From Sedimentisphaerales bacterium (GTDB lineage Bacteria > Planctomycetota > Phycisphaerae > Sedimentisphaerales > SM23-30), in the NCBI GenBank assembly GCA_963663965.2, contig CAXXFK010000014.1, positions 1-48,124 on the forward strand: DNA of 48,124 nt. The letters run 5' to 3'. The notes under the pieces were generated by a model. The model was not told where the DNA came from. It did not search any database and saw only the letters and a list, made by a program, of their open reading frames with translations. Positions 19,049-27,584 of this stretch are shown piece after piece. Position numbers and translations under genes: made by a program. Position 1 is the first letter of the stretch, and each line of letters begins with the position of its first letter.

Positions 19049-19930
19049 TTACATATAGCCATCCCGGCGTAGTGTCTCCAATCCCTGCCCATCTTCTTTG
19101 TCCTGTTCGCGCCCCGAACGTTCGGCAATATTGGCCAGTTGCCCACTTCTTAACTCATTGATAATATCCCGGACATTTTTTGATTTCGATGGAATCGCCC
19201 CGGTACAGGGCGCGCAACCCAGCGAGCGATATCGCATCCCATTGCCCTGATCAAAATACAAATCGATAATAGGAATATTCTCCCGATCGATATACTCCCA
19301 GATATTCAATTCCGTCCAGTCCAGTAACGGATGAATCCGCACATGAGTTCCCGGGGCAAAGTCGGTTTTGAACTGGTTCCATAGTTCCGGGGGCTGATCA
19401 CCCACATCCCAGTCATTATCTTTATCGCGCGGCGAAAAATATCGCTCTTTCGAACGGCTGCCTTCTTCATCGCTGCGTACTCCGACAATCACACCGGTAA
19501 ATGGTTCGCCGCCGGTAGTACGGTCATATTCTCCGGTCTGATGGTTCAAAACCCAGCGCGGCCACTCACCCGACAAGGTATGTTTCAACGCCTCACTCTT
19601 TAATGCCTTGCAGCATTGCAGCCGGGTCAGCTTGCCCTCCGGGAAAGTCTGTTTGTTCTTGAGCGCTTCTTCATTACGCCCGAACATCATATTCAATTTC
19701 CACTCACGGGCGACCCGGTCTCGATAGTCGATCATCGCCGGGATTTTATAACTGGTATCGATATGAAGTAGCGGAATCGGCACATGACCAAAAAAAGCCT
19801 TGCGCGCCAGCCACAATAAGACCGTGCTATCCTTACCAATCGACCAGAGCATCGCCAGTTGCTTGAACTCGCGATAGGCCTCACGTAATATGTAAACGCT
19901 TTGGGCTTCCAATTGATCCAGTTGGTCCAT
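19049..19930 (-). CDS. cysD: Sulfate adenylyltransferase small subunit CysD
   Basis: Contains [35 protein letters not shown] and RYRSLGC. Confidence 0.96.
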   Translation of the reverse strand: MDQLDQLEAQSVYILREAYREFKQLAMLWSIGKDSTVLLWLARKAFFGHVPIPLLHIDTSYKIPAMIDYRDRVAREWKLNMMFGRNEEALKNKQTFPEGKLTRLQCCKALKSEALKHTLSGEWPRWVLNHQTGEYDRTTGGEPFTGVIVGVRSDEEGSRSKERYFSPRDKDNDWDVGDQPPELWNQFKTDFAPGTHVRIHPLLDWTELNIWEYIDRENIPIIDLYFDQGNGMRYRSLGCAPCTGAIPSKSKNVRDIINELRSGQLANIAERSGREQDKEDGQGLETLRRDGYM

Positions 19931-20679
19931 TATTCCACTCCTTTTCTGGCAACCAGCTGGCCACTAATCAGATGCAGTCCGCACTCTTTGTGTTGCGGTT
20001 CCTCCCACCACCACCGACCCGCCCGGACATCTTCTCCTTTTTTAACCGGCCGGGTACAGGGCGCGCAGCCGATGCTGGGATACCCCTGATCGTGCAGGGG
20101 ATTATACGGCACTTCATGCTGGCGAATATAATCCCAGACCTGCTCAGTCGTCCAGTCCGCCAATGGATTGAATTTTACCAGTTGATTCTGTCGGTCCCAC
20201 TCTATTTTTTCCAACTCACCGCGGGTCAGGGCCTGGTCACGCCGTTGTCCGGTAATCCAGGCGCCCAGCGTTTTGAGTTTGCGTTGCAAAGGGGCGACTT
20301 TGCGAATATGGCAACAGCATTTCCGTAATTCGATACTCTGGTAAAATGGATTGGGCCCATGCTCGTTAACCAGCGCTTCAACGGCCGACGCATCAGGAAA
20401 TAACATTTCAATCTGGATATGATAATGACGATTGGTCTTATCAATCGTATCGTAGGTCAGATTATGTAAACGCCCGGTATCCAGGGTAAACACGGATGGG
20501 CCGGACGTCAAGCCGCATAACATATCCGTGAGCACTTGATCTTCCGCCTGCAGACTGCTGGCCAGGGCTATCCGACCGCCAAACCACTCCAATGCGAGCC
20601 TTAAAACCTCCTCCGCGTTCTGGTTTTTCACCTGTTCGTTAAGCGCAGGGATATCCGATTCTTTGATCATTGTTGCCAT
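19930..20679 (-). CDS. cysH: APS reductase ([4Fe-4S] CysH family)
   Basis: Contains [32 protein letters not shown] and ECGLH. Confidence 0.95.
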   Translation of the reverse strand: MATMIKESDIPALNEQVKNQNAEEVLRLALEWFGGRIALASSLQAEDQVLTDMLCGLTSGPSVFTLDTGRLHNLTYDTIDKTNRHYHIQIEMLFPDASAVEALVNEHGPNPFYQSIELRKCCCHIRKVAPLQRKLKTLGAWITGQRRDQALTRGELEKIEWDRQNQLVKFNPLADWTTEQVWDYIRQHEVPYNPLHDQGYPSIGCAPCTRPVKKGEDVRAGRWWWEEPQHKECGLHLISGQLVARKGVE

Positions 20680-20698
20680 GTTTTATTTCTTTTCTCCT

Positions 20699-20926
20699 TT
20701 AAATCTGATACTCCGGTGGATGCATCTTGCCATATGGAATCTTCAACCAGGCCCGCTCATGAAAATAATAAGCCGCCAGCTTGATCATTGTATCAACAAC
20801 GCCAATCGTCGCGGCCAACTCCAACTTGCCGGTTAGTACCAGAGCAATCAGTGTCGTAATCGTAAATGCGACCAATCGCCAGGTCAGTGATTTCAAAATA
20901 GTACGGGCATGTGTTTCCAAAGGCAT
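20699..20926 (-). CDS. DUF2061-like small membrane protein
   Basis: ETHARTILKSLTWR ... YYFHERAW pattern with two TM helices. Confidence 0.85.
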   Translation of the reverse strand: MPLETHARTILKSLTWRLVAFTITTLIALVLTGKLELAATIGVVDTMIKLAAYYFHERAWLKIPYGKMHPPEYQI

Positions 20927-20948
20927 ACCTCGCAAAAGTCTGCGACAT

Positions 20949-21395
20949 TTAAATGCTATAATTCAAGGCATACTCCTGTTGCGGGCTGGCACAGGCAACC
21001 AGATCATAAAATGTAAAGGACTCAAATACGCCTGTTAACGCCTCGGCGGCCCGATCCCACATCTGATAAAATACACAATTTGTTTCCAGCGGACAGCGGG
21101 ATTCAGTCAGATGCGATTGACAACTTACCGGCCGAATCGGGCCATCCACAAAGGTAATAATCTTACCTGCTGTCAACTCTCTGGGATCGACCGTTAAATA
21201 ATAACCACCCTGTGACCCCCGCCGCGAATCCACAAACCCACCATGCTTCAATTCATTTAAAATCACCTCAAGAAAACGAACCGGAATAGCCTGTGCCTCT
21301 GCAATGGCCGCGATACGGACCGGCTGCTGATCGTTCTGACGAGCTAATTCAAAAACTGCACGCAAAGCATATTGACATTTTTGAGTGATATTCAT
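20949..21395 (-). CDS. Rrf2-family transcriptional regulator (CymR/IscR-like, three Cys)
   Basis: YALRAVFELA..IAEAQAIPVRFLEVIL..SRRGSQGGYYL, a C-x8-C-x5-C motif, and the C-terminus NYSI. Confidence 0.95.
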   Translation of the reverse strand: MNITQKCQYALRAVFELARQNDQQPVRIAAIAEAQAIPVRFLEVILNELKHGGFVDSRRGSQGGYYLTVDPRELTAGKIITFVDGPIRPVSCQSHLTESRCPLETNCVFYQMWDRAAEALTGVFESFTFYDLVACASPQQEYALNYSI

Positions 21396-21410
21396 GATTC
21401 ACCTGATTTA

Positions 21411-21460
21411 ATCTTGACTATTTCTATCGAGATAATAGTATATCTAATATGAGATTTCAA
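21411..21460. promoter_or_regulatory. Rrf2-type operator overlapping the divergent promoters
   Basis: Inverted repeat ATCTTGA-ctatttcta-TCGAGAT (21411-21433) resembles IscR/CymR boxes. The adjacent minus-strand promoter is TTGAAA-17-TATTAT (21432-21460). Confidence 0.65.
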
Positions 21461-21543
21461 TACATTTTAAAATTTTATTCCAAACAAAGCCAATTAGTCT
21501 TATAAGATATTTACTTTAAAACACTTATAACACATTTCCTTGT

Positions 21544-21843
21544 ATGACTTTCCGCAAGACCCACCATAACCAGAAGATCCTGAAAGCCTTTATTACCACT
21601 TTCTGCCGGGTAAAACATGGCAATTCCGATTCATTATGTAAAGATTGCCTGGATCTCCTGAACTATGGCCTGAACCGACTCCAACACTGCCCATTGGATC
21701 CCAAACCCAAATGCAAAAACTGCCCAGTTCATTGTTATATGCCTCAGTACCGTGAAAAAATCAAAGAAGTCATGAAGTTTTCCGGCATATACTATGTCAA
21801 ACGCGGCCGGCTCGATTGGCTGATCCGATATTTCTTAAGCTAA
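21544..21843 (+). CDS. YgbA-like (nitrous oxide-stimulated promoter family) Cys-rich protein
   Basis: FCRVKH..LCKDC..RLQHCP..KPKCKNCPVHCY..REKIKEVMKFSG. Confidence 0.85.
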   Translation: MTFRKTHHNQKILKAFITTFCRVKHGNSDSLCKDCLDLLNYGLNRLQHCPLDPKPKCKNCPVHCYMPQYREKIKEVMKFSGIYYVKRGRLDWLIRYFLS

Positions 21844-21860
21844 TATCATGGAGCATCGAC

Positions 21861-24800
21861 ATGCAGCATAAAATGGATTTTGATAAACACACCGCCGAAG
21901 AAAAAGTCAAACAGGCCGGTTTGACTCTCGATTTTGATGAAATTGCCCGCAAAGGCAGTATGTCAAGCGAAGAGGTGCTTATCGCCAAGTGGTATGGCAT
22001 TTATCGATCGCGCCAGAAAGGCGACCATATGGCCCGGATCGTCATTCCCGGTGGTGTTATCCCATCCGAACATGCCCGCGCCATCGACCGGCTCGCTGAA
22101 ACATATGCCAAGGGCAAAATCTCCATGACCACCCGCCAGGCCGCCCAGTACCATCGCCTGCAACTCGAAGACCTGCCCAGCCTCCTCCGCGATCTCAAAA
22201 AAGAAGGCCTGACCACCTTTCATGGTTGTGGTGATGTCACCCGAAATGTGGCAGCCTGCCCGTGGGCCTCCATCTGCCCCCACCGCCGTATTGATGTATT
22301 GCCCTACGCCCAGCAAACCGCCCAGCTACTCAGCGCCAGTCGCGATCTGGATAACCTGCCCCGAAAATTCAAGATCACCTTCTCAGGCTGCCAGGCCGGT
22401 TGCGGCCAGCCCTATATCAACTGCGTCGGCGCCATCGCCATTCAGAAAACAGACCACCAGGGCCAAACCCAGACCGGTTTCCGGGTCGTCATCGGCGGCG
22501 GTATGGGATGGAAACCATTTGCCGCCCAGGAAGTCTACTCCTTTGTTCCCGCCGAAGATATTGCCCGCGTCTGTCGAGCGATTGGAATTCTATTCCGGGA
22601 TCATGGCGACCGTACCAGTCGCAGACATGCCCGCCTCAAATTTGTCGTGGCCCGCCATGGCATTGAAAAATGCCGTACCCTTCTCAATGAAATCTGCCGA
22701 CAGGAAGGTCTCGACCTATCCCGTTTCGAATCCGAACCCATTCAGGACAACGGCCCGGCCATCCCGCCCAAACCGCTGCAAGCCATCCATCCACGTGATG
22801 ACCAAGGCATGGCGATTCAGCGGATACGGATACCCAAAGGCGAACTGACCGCCCAGGCCTTCGCCCGGATCGCCGATCTGGCCGACCTCTACGCGGACAA
22901 ACACGTGTACAGCACCAACCGCCAGAATCTGGAACTGCATGGCATCAATCCGGATCGCATCTCTCTACTGCAAGCGGAACTGGCCGACGCCGGACTGGCA
23001 TTTGATGGCTTTGAAGAACTGCGCGACATCGTCAGTTGCGTCGGTACTACCTACTGCCCGCTGGCCGTCACCCGGACCCATGACCTTTTTGATCGGCTGC
23101 AGGAAATTGTTAATGACAAGAAATATGCGGCCATTCGCAACAAAGTACTCATTAATATTACCGGATGCCCGAACTCCTGCGCCCAGTATTATATCGCCGA
23201 TATCGGTTTTCGCGGCCTGAGGATTCGCGAACAATCCGGTTCCGTCGAAGCGTATGAAGTCCGCATTGGGGGTGACCAGCAAATCTTCGGTCAGATCGTC
23301 GGCAATTTCAAAGTAGACGACTGCCTGACGGTCACCAGAACTATTCTTGACACCTTCTTACAGGAATGCCGGACCCGCGACTGGACCAGTCTCGCCCGGC
23401 AAATCCAGACCGAAGGCATTGAAAAATATTTGCAGAAAGTCGGCGCGCTGAATATCGTTTACGACAAAGCACCCGCCCTGAATGAATACCAATCTCCCAT
23501 TGGCCCGCAATCCGGCCCGGCCGATTTTAAAGTCATCGCCAAGGACATCCCCTGCCAGACCGCCTGTCCGGCTCATACGAATGTTCCGGAATATATCCGC
23601 CTGATTGAAAATGGCCAACTCGAACAAGCCCACTTGATCAATCAGGAAGACAATGTCCTGCCCGGTGTTCTGGGCCGCATCTGCACCCATCCCTGTCAAA
23701 CCGATTGCCGGCATCAGTGGACCAACACCCAGGGCCCGGTCCGCATCTGTTATCTCAAACGATCCGCGGCCGATGGCAAACCCGTCCCCAGCCGGCCGCT
23801 GCCGGCCTGGTTTGATGCTACCGGCAAATCGGTTGCCATTATTGGCGGCGGTCCGGCCGGTCTGGCGGCCGCACGCGAACTGAAACGTTACGGCCATTCT
23901 GTCACACTCTTTGAACGCGAACAGCAACTCGGTGGCCAGGTTCGCACAGGCGTACCCCGCTTTCGTCTGCCGGCGGCAGTGCTCGATGAGGATATCAACG
24001 CGATTATTGACAGCGGAATCGAGATCAAAACCCAAACGAATATCGACACCACTCAATTGCTTGCACTCATCCAGCAATTTGATGCCGTCCTGCTCGCTGC
24101 CGGTGCCAATATCCCGCGCCAGTTAAAGATGGAAGGACTCAGCGATTCCATTGGCATTGAGGGCCTGACCTTTATGCGCTGCTATAATCTGGGTCATCCA
24201 CTTACTGTCGGAAATAAAGTGGTGGTTATTGGCGGCGGCTTTACCGCGGTTGATTGCGCCCGCTCGGCCCGGCGGCTGGCGCCCGATGCCAATATCACCA
24301 TTATGTATCGCCGCGGCGTGGCCCAGATGGCCGCAACTGAAGAAGAAGTGCATGAACTGAAAACCGAAGGAGTGCAGATCGAAACGCTGGTAACCCCTCT
24401 GCGCGTACAGACCGACTCTGGCACGTTGAAATCGGTGACTTTCGTCCGTAACCGGCTGGGTGATCCGGACTCCTCCGGTAAACCGGCTTTTATCCCCATC
24501 CCCGATAGCGAATTTACTATCCCTTGTGATACCCTGATCTACGCCATCGGCCAGTCTGCCGATTCCTCCATTCTGGGACCGGATATCCAGCCTGCCGAAG
24601 GCCGGCACACCACCCATCCCACCCTTTTCCTCGCCGGCGATTACGCCCTGGGCAATGGCGATGTCATCCATGCCGTCGCCGATGGCAAACAGGCCGCCGA
24701 TTTGATCGACACCTACCTGACTGGTCAACAACGTCGTCTGAACCTTGTCCAGGTCCAGCAAGCCCAATCAACCGGCCGGGTACGCGAATTCGACCTGATC

Positions 24801-25190
24801 GAACCCACCGAAATGCCCGTTCTCCGCCTTGATCAACGCCAGGGCGACAACGAAGTAGAACTTGGTTACACCCAACAGCAAAGTCAACAGCACGCCCGGC
24901 GCTGCTACTATTGCAATCACAAATTCGAAATTGACCAGGACCTGTGCATCCATTGCGACTGGTGCATCAAAGTCATGCCGCGCCAGTGTATCAAACGCGT
25001 GGAGCGGGTACAGACCGATCCGGACGGCTACGTTACCTCCGCCAGTGAAGTCAGTGCCGAAAACCCGGAACAGGCCACCTATATCTGGATCGACAGCAAT
25101 GAATGCATCCGCTGCGGCAACTGTTATCAAATCTGCCCCACCGGCGCCATCTCATTACGCAAAGCGGATCTCAATTGTCAGTGTCAATAA
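21861..25190 (+). CDS. Sulfite/nitrite reductase hemoprotein fused to a GltD/DsrL-like FAD-NAD(P)H oxidoreductase and a C-terminal ferredoxin
   Basis: SiR part: WYGIYRSRQ, TTRQ, RNVAAC, LPRKFKI, TNRQN, CVGTTYC, GCPNSC. GltD part: PCQTACP, GRICTHPCQTDC, GGGPAG, GGGFTAVD, YRRG. C-terminus: RCYYC, CIHCDWC, CIRCGNCYQICP. GGAG RBS before ATG 21861. Confidence 0.92.
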   Translation: MQHKMDFDKHTAEEKVKQAGLTLDFDEIARKGSMSSEEVLIAKWYGIYRSRQKGDHMARIVIPGGVIPSEHARAIDRLAETYAKGKISMTTRQAAQYHRLQLEDLPSLLRDLKKEGLTTFHGCGDVTRNVAACPWASICPHRRIDVLPYAQQTAQLLSASRDLDNLPRKFKITFSGCQAGCGQPYINCVGAIAIQKTDHQGQTQTGFRVVIGGGMGWKPFAAQEVYSFVPAEDIARVCRAIGILFRDHGDRTSRRHARLKFVVARHGIEKCRTLLNEICRQEGLDLSRFESEPIQDNGPAIPPKPLQAIHPRDDQGMAIQRIRIPKGELTAQAFARIADLADLYADKHVYSTNRQNLELHGINPDRISLLQAELADAGLAFDGFEELRDIVSCVGTTYCPLAVTRTHDLFDRLQEIVNDKKYAAIRNKVLINITGCPNSCAQYYIADIGFRGLRIREQSGSVEAYEVRIGGDQQIFGQIVGNFKVDDCLTVTRTILDTFLQECRTRDWTSLARQIQTEGIEKYLQKVGALNIVYDKAPALNEYQSPIGPQSGPADFKVIAKDIPCQTACPAHTNVPEYIRLIENGQLEQAHLINQEDNVLPGVLGRICTHPCQTDCRHQWTNTQGPVRICYLKRSAADGKPVPSRPLPAWFDATGKSVAIIGGGPAGLAAARELKRYGHSVTLFEREQQLGGQVRTGVPRFRLPAAVLDEDINAIIDSGIEIKTQTNIDTTQLLALIQQFDAVLLAAGANIPRQLKMEGLSDSIGIEGLTFMRCYNLGHPLTVGNKVVVIGGGFTAVDCARSARRLAPDANITIMYRRGVAQMAATEEEVHELKTEGVQIETLVTPLRVQTDSGTLKSVTFVRNRLGDPDSSGKPAFIPIPDSEFTIPCDTLIYAIGQSADSSILGPDIQPAEGRHTTHPTLFLAGDYALGNGDVIHAVADGKQAADLIDTYLTGQQRRLNLVQVQQAQSTGRVREFDLIEPTEMPVLRLDQRQGDNEVELGYTQQQSQQHARRCYYCNHKFEIDQDLCIHCDWCIKVMPRQCIKRVERVQTDPDGYVTSASEVSAENPEQATYIWIDSNECIRCGNCYQICPTGAISLRKADLNCQCQ

Positions 25191-25270
25191 AAACGACCGG
25201 CCCCTGTTTAAAAAGCCAGTCGTTCAATCTCATTATTTCGTTCGGCCGGAAAGCCTCCGGTACGAACCTG

Positions 25271-25681
25271 TTATTTCTTATAGACTGATTCCGGATCGTA
25301 AACCTTTTCAGCCACAAATTCCAGATCCTGCCCACCCGCTTTGACCCGGCGATAAAAACAGGATTGATACCCCACGTGGCACTGACCCTGATCGACCGTT
25401 ACTTTCAAAATCAGACAATCCTGATCGCAGTCGACCAGGATCTCCTGAACTTTCTGCACATGGCCGGATTCTTCGCCCTTACGCCAGAGTTTCTGGCGTG
25501 AACGGCTGTAATAGACCGCGTTGCCGCTGCGGACCGTTTCGGCCAGCGCTTCATCATTCATAAACGCCACCATCAAAACCTGCCCGGTCTGGGCATCCTG
25601 GGCAATCGCCGGAATCAAGCCATCCGCGCTGAATTTCGGGGTAAACGTTAAACCAGTTTCAATTTCTTTTGATGCTGCCAT
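25271..25681 (-). CDS. hisI: Phosphoribosyl-AMP cyclohydrolase
   Basis: Contains GLIPAIAQD, YYSRSRQKLWRKGEESG, DCDQD and CHVGYQSCF. Confidence 0.96.
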   Translation of the reverse strand: MAASKEIETGLTFTPKFSADGLIPAIAQDAQTGQVLMVAFMNDEALAETVRSGNAVYYSRSRQKLWRKGEESGHVQKVQEILVDCDQDCLILKVTVDQGQCHVGYQSCFYRRVKAGGQDLEFVAEKVYDPESVYKK

Positions 25682-25897
25682 AGGTTCTCCTTCATTCGGA
25701 TTAGTACCGAATCAATTAACTGGTCAATACCACAATAATCTCTTTAGAAATCCTTCATAACGCCTGAAACATGAATCATACTCGAATCAATATTTCAAAC
25801 TATCAGGATAACAGAGTCAGTCATGGCCGGTTTGGACAATGGCGACTCGACAGTATGTGACAGGTGCTACCAGTTTAAGCCAGTTTTAAAAGGGGAA

Positions 25898-25926
25898 TTT
25901 ATATCAGGTTTCACCAGTGATGTCAA
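25898..25926 (-). promoter_or_regulatory. Sigma70 promoter for hisI
   Basis: TTGACA-17 bp-TATAAA on the minus strand. Confidence 0.7.
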
Positions 25927-26173
25927 TGGCATTTCCCGGAGCTTATCCATTAACGTCCGATAAAACCTCCATTTCAAAATGTTTGCAACTTTTTTATATT
26001 TTACACGATATTAAATATATTCGTTACCCCGGCTATTCCGGCGATCAGAGTCGCTTTCTGTTCCGATAATGGCATTGCCGCTCCCTGGATGACTGGCAAA
26101 TTCCTGATATTGACAGAAACATACTCTCAGGTCCGAATATTTTTTGTTTTCCTCTGGAAATCAGGAAATCGAG

Positions 26174-26201
26174 TTTAGTAGGTTAGTTAACCGGCCGATT
26201 T
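26174..26201 (+). promoter_or_regulatory. Candidate sigma28 promoter for the PilZ/kinase operon
   Basis: TTTAG-15 bp-GCCGATTT, the same spacing as the site before the fliN-like gene. Confidence 0.35.
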
Positions 26202-26304
26202 ATGAAATGATATCTGTATTTTCCGCTCCGGCCAATATCCCGTCGTACTATGCCGGACCATACCAATATCAGAACCTGTTTGTCGATTAAGCGACACAAT
26301 CAAC

Positions 26305-27540
26305 ATGGACTTGAAATTACTAGAACATGAACTCAGAAAATGCTCGCTGGCTGAACTTCGCCAGGTGGATGATCTGATTACCTCGTTGATGGAGCAACTC
26401 TACAACGAGGACGGTTCCACCCCGGCGGGAACACGTCAGAAACGACAGGAAGATCGCTTCAATCTGAATCTGGTTGGCACTCTGACTCGCATCACCGACC
26501 TGAAACCCGGCCAGCGCATCGAATTCAGTGTCGCGATTCAGGATATGTCGCGTAGCGGTATGCGTCTGCATATCTGTGACAGCTTTATTCCATCGCGCAT
26601 CGTTCGAATCGTTTTTTCCAGTCTGAATGGGAAAATTAAAGACCGGTTTCTGGAAGTCGTCCGTATTCGCCGCCTGACAGGCAAAAATGGCACCTGGCTC
26701 GAACTGGGCTGCCGGGCGATCGAAACCAACCGGGCCATGCAGATCCGCCGGCAGGAGGATCGTGTCCGGAAACTTCAGCACGACCTGGCCAATCGTCCCG
26801 GCACACTCGTTCAGGTCATCGGGCTCGAACACGATCCGGTATGCCGCACAGTCTGTGACCTGCTCAAAAACCGCAACTATAATATCCAGCGGATGGACAG
26901 TATCCGGCGCGCTTTCCAGAGCGCGCGCAAAACCATGGCCCAACTGGCCATCATCTGCCATGGCTCCGCGCTCAGCCAGGACGCCGTCCTGCTTAAATCC
27001 CTCACCGATATACCCGAGCAACTCGCGACCCTGGCCATTATTCGTAATAAATCGGAATCCGCCTGCCTGCTCGAAGCGGGGCTGGATGAATGCCTGCTCG
27101 AAAATGATATCGACGAATTTTTCTATTACTCGCTCGAACGGGCGATCATCGGTCATATCACCCGAGCCCAGCGTGAAAACTGGCAGGAGTTTCCCAATGT
27201 GCTGATTATCACTCAGGACCGCGCCAAAGCCGGTATGCTGGAATACACCCTCACCCGCACCCAATGCAAACCCTATATAGTGGGCGCCCTGGGGGATTCG
27301 GGCAACCTGAACTTTCCTGTCGATATCGTTGTGGCCGATTTTGATCCAAAAGACTCTTTGCCTTTTATTACGATTAAGAACCGTTTCGAAAACATTCCTG
27401 TCATCGCCGTCTGTCAGGATGCCGAACACGGCCGGCAAGCCATCATGGCCGGCGCCGACAATTATGTGAATATGCCTGCCGCTCAACGTGAACTGGAAAT
27501 TGTGATTAATACCGCCCGAAAAACCCACCAGACTCACTAG
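26305..27540 (+). CDS. PilZ-domain protein with two degenerate receiver-like domains
   Basis: RQEDR (RxxxR) and DMSRSG (DxSxxG) c-di-GMP motifs. Later segments CLLEAGLDECL and AIMAGADNYV resemble receiver-domain ends. Confidence 0.8.
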   Translation: MDLKLLEHELRKCSLAELRQVDDLITSLMEQLYNEDGSTPAGTRQKRQEDRFNLNLVGTLTRITDLKPGQRIEFSVAIQDMSRSGMRLHICDSFIPSRIVRIVFSSLNGKIKDRFLEVVRIRRLTGKNGTWLELGCRAIETNRAMQIRRQEDRVRKLQHDLANRPGTLVQVIGLEHDPVCRTVCDLLKNRNYNIQRMDSIRRAFQSARKTMAQLAIICHGSALSQDAVLLKSLTDIPEQLATLAIIRNKSESACLLEAGLDECLLENDIDEFFYYSLERAIIGHITRAQRENWQEFPNVLIITQDRAKAGMLEYTLTRTQCKPYIVGALGDSGNLNFPVDIVVADFDPKDSLPFITIKNRFENIPVIAVCQDAEHGRQAIMAGADNYVNMPAAQRELEIVINTARKTHQTH

Positions 27541-27584
27541 TCTGCCTGAACAGATTACTCATTGGATAATGCGAATACAAAGCC

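Noticed and set aside
26090..26170. Possible c-di-GMP riboswitch upstream of the PilZ gene (GGCAAA, TTCCTGAT/ATCAGGAA)
   Set aside because: The GEMM P2 stem with GNRA loop and the GCAAAGC..CTAA elements are not present.
26320..27537. 405-aa antisense ORF exactly opposite the PilZ gene
   Set aside because: It mirrors the codon register of a gene with clear motifs and has no recognisable domain, so it is a shadow ORF.
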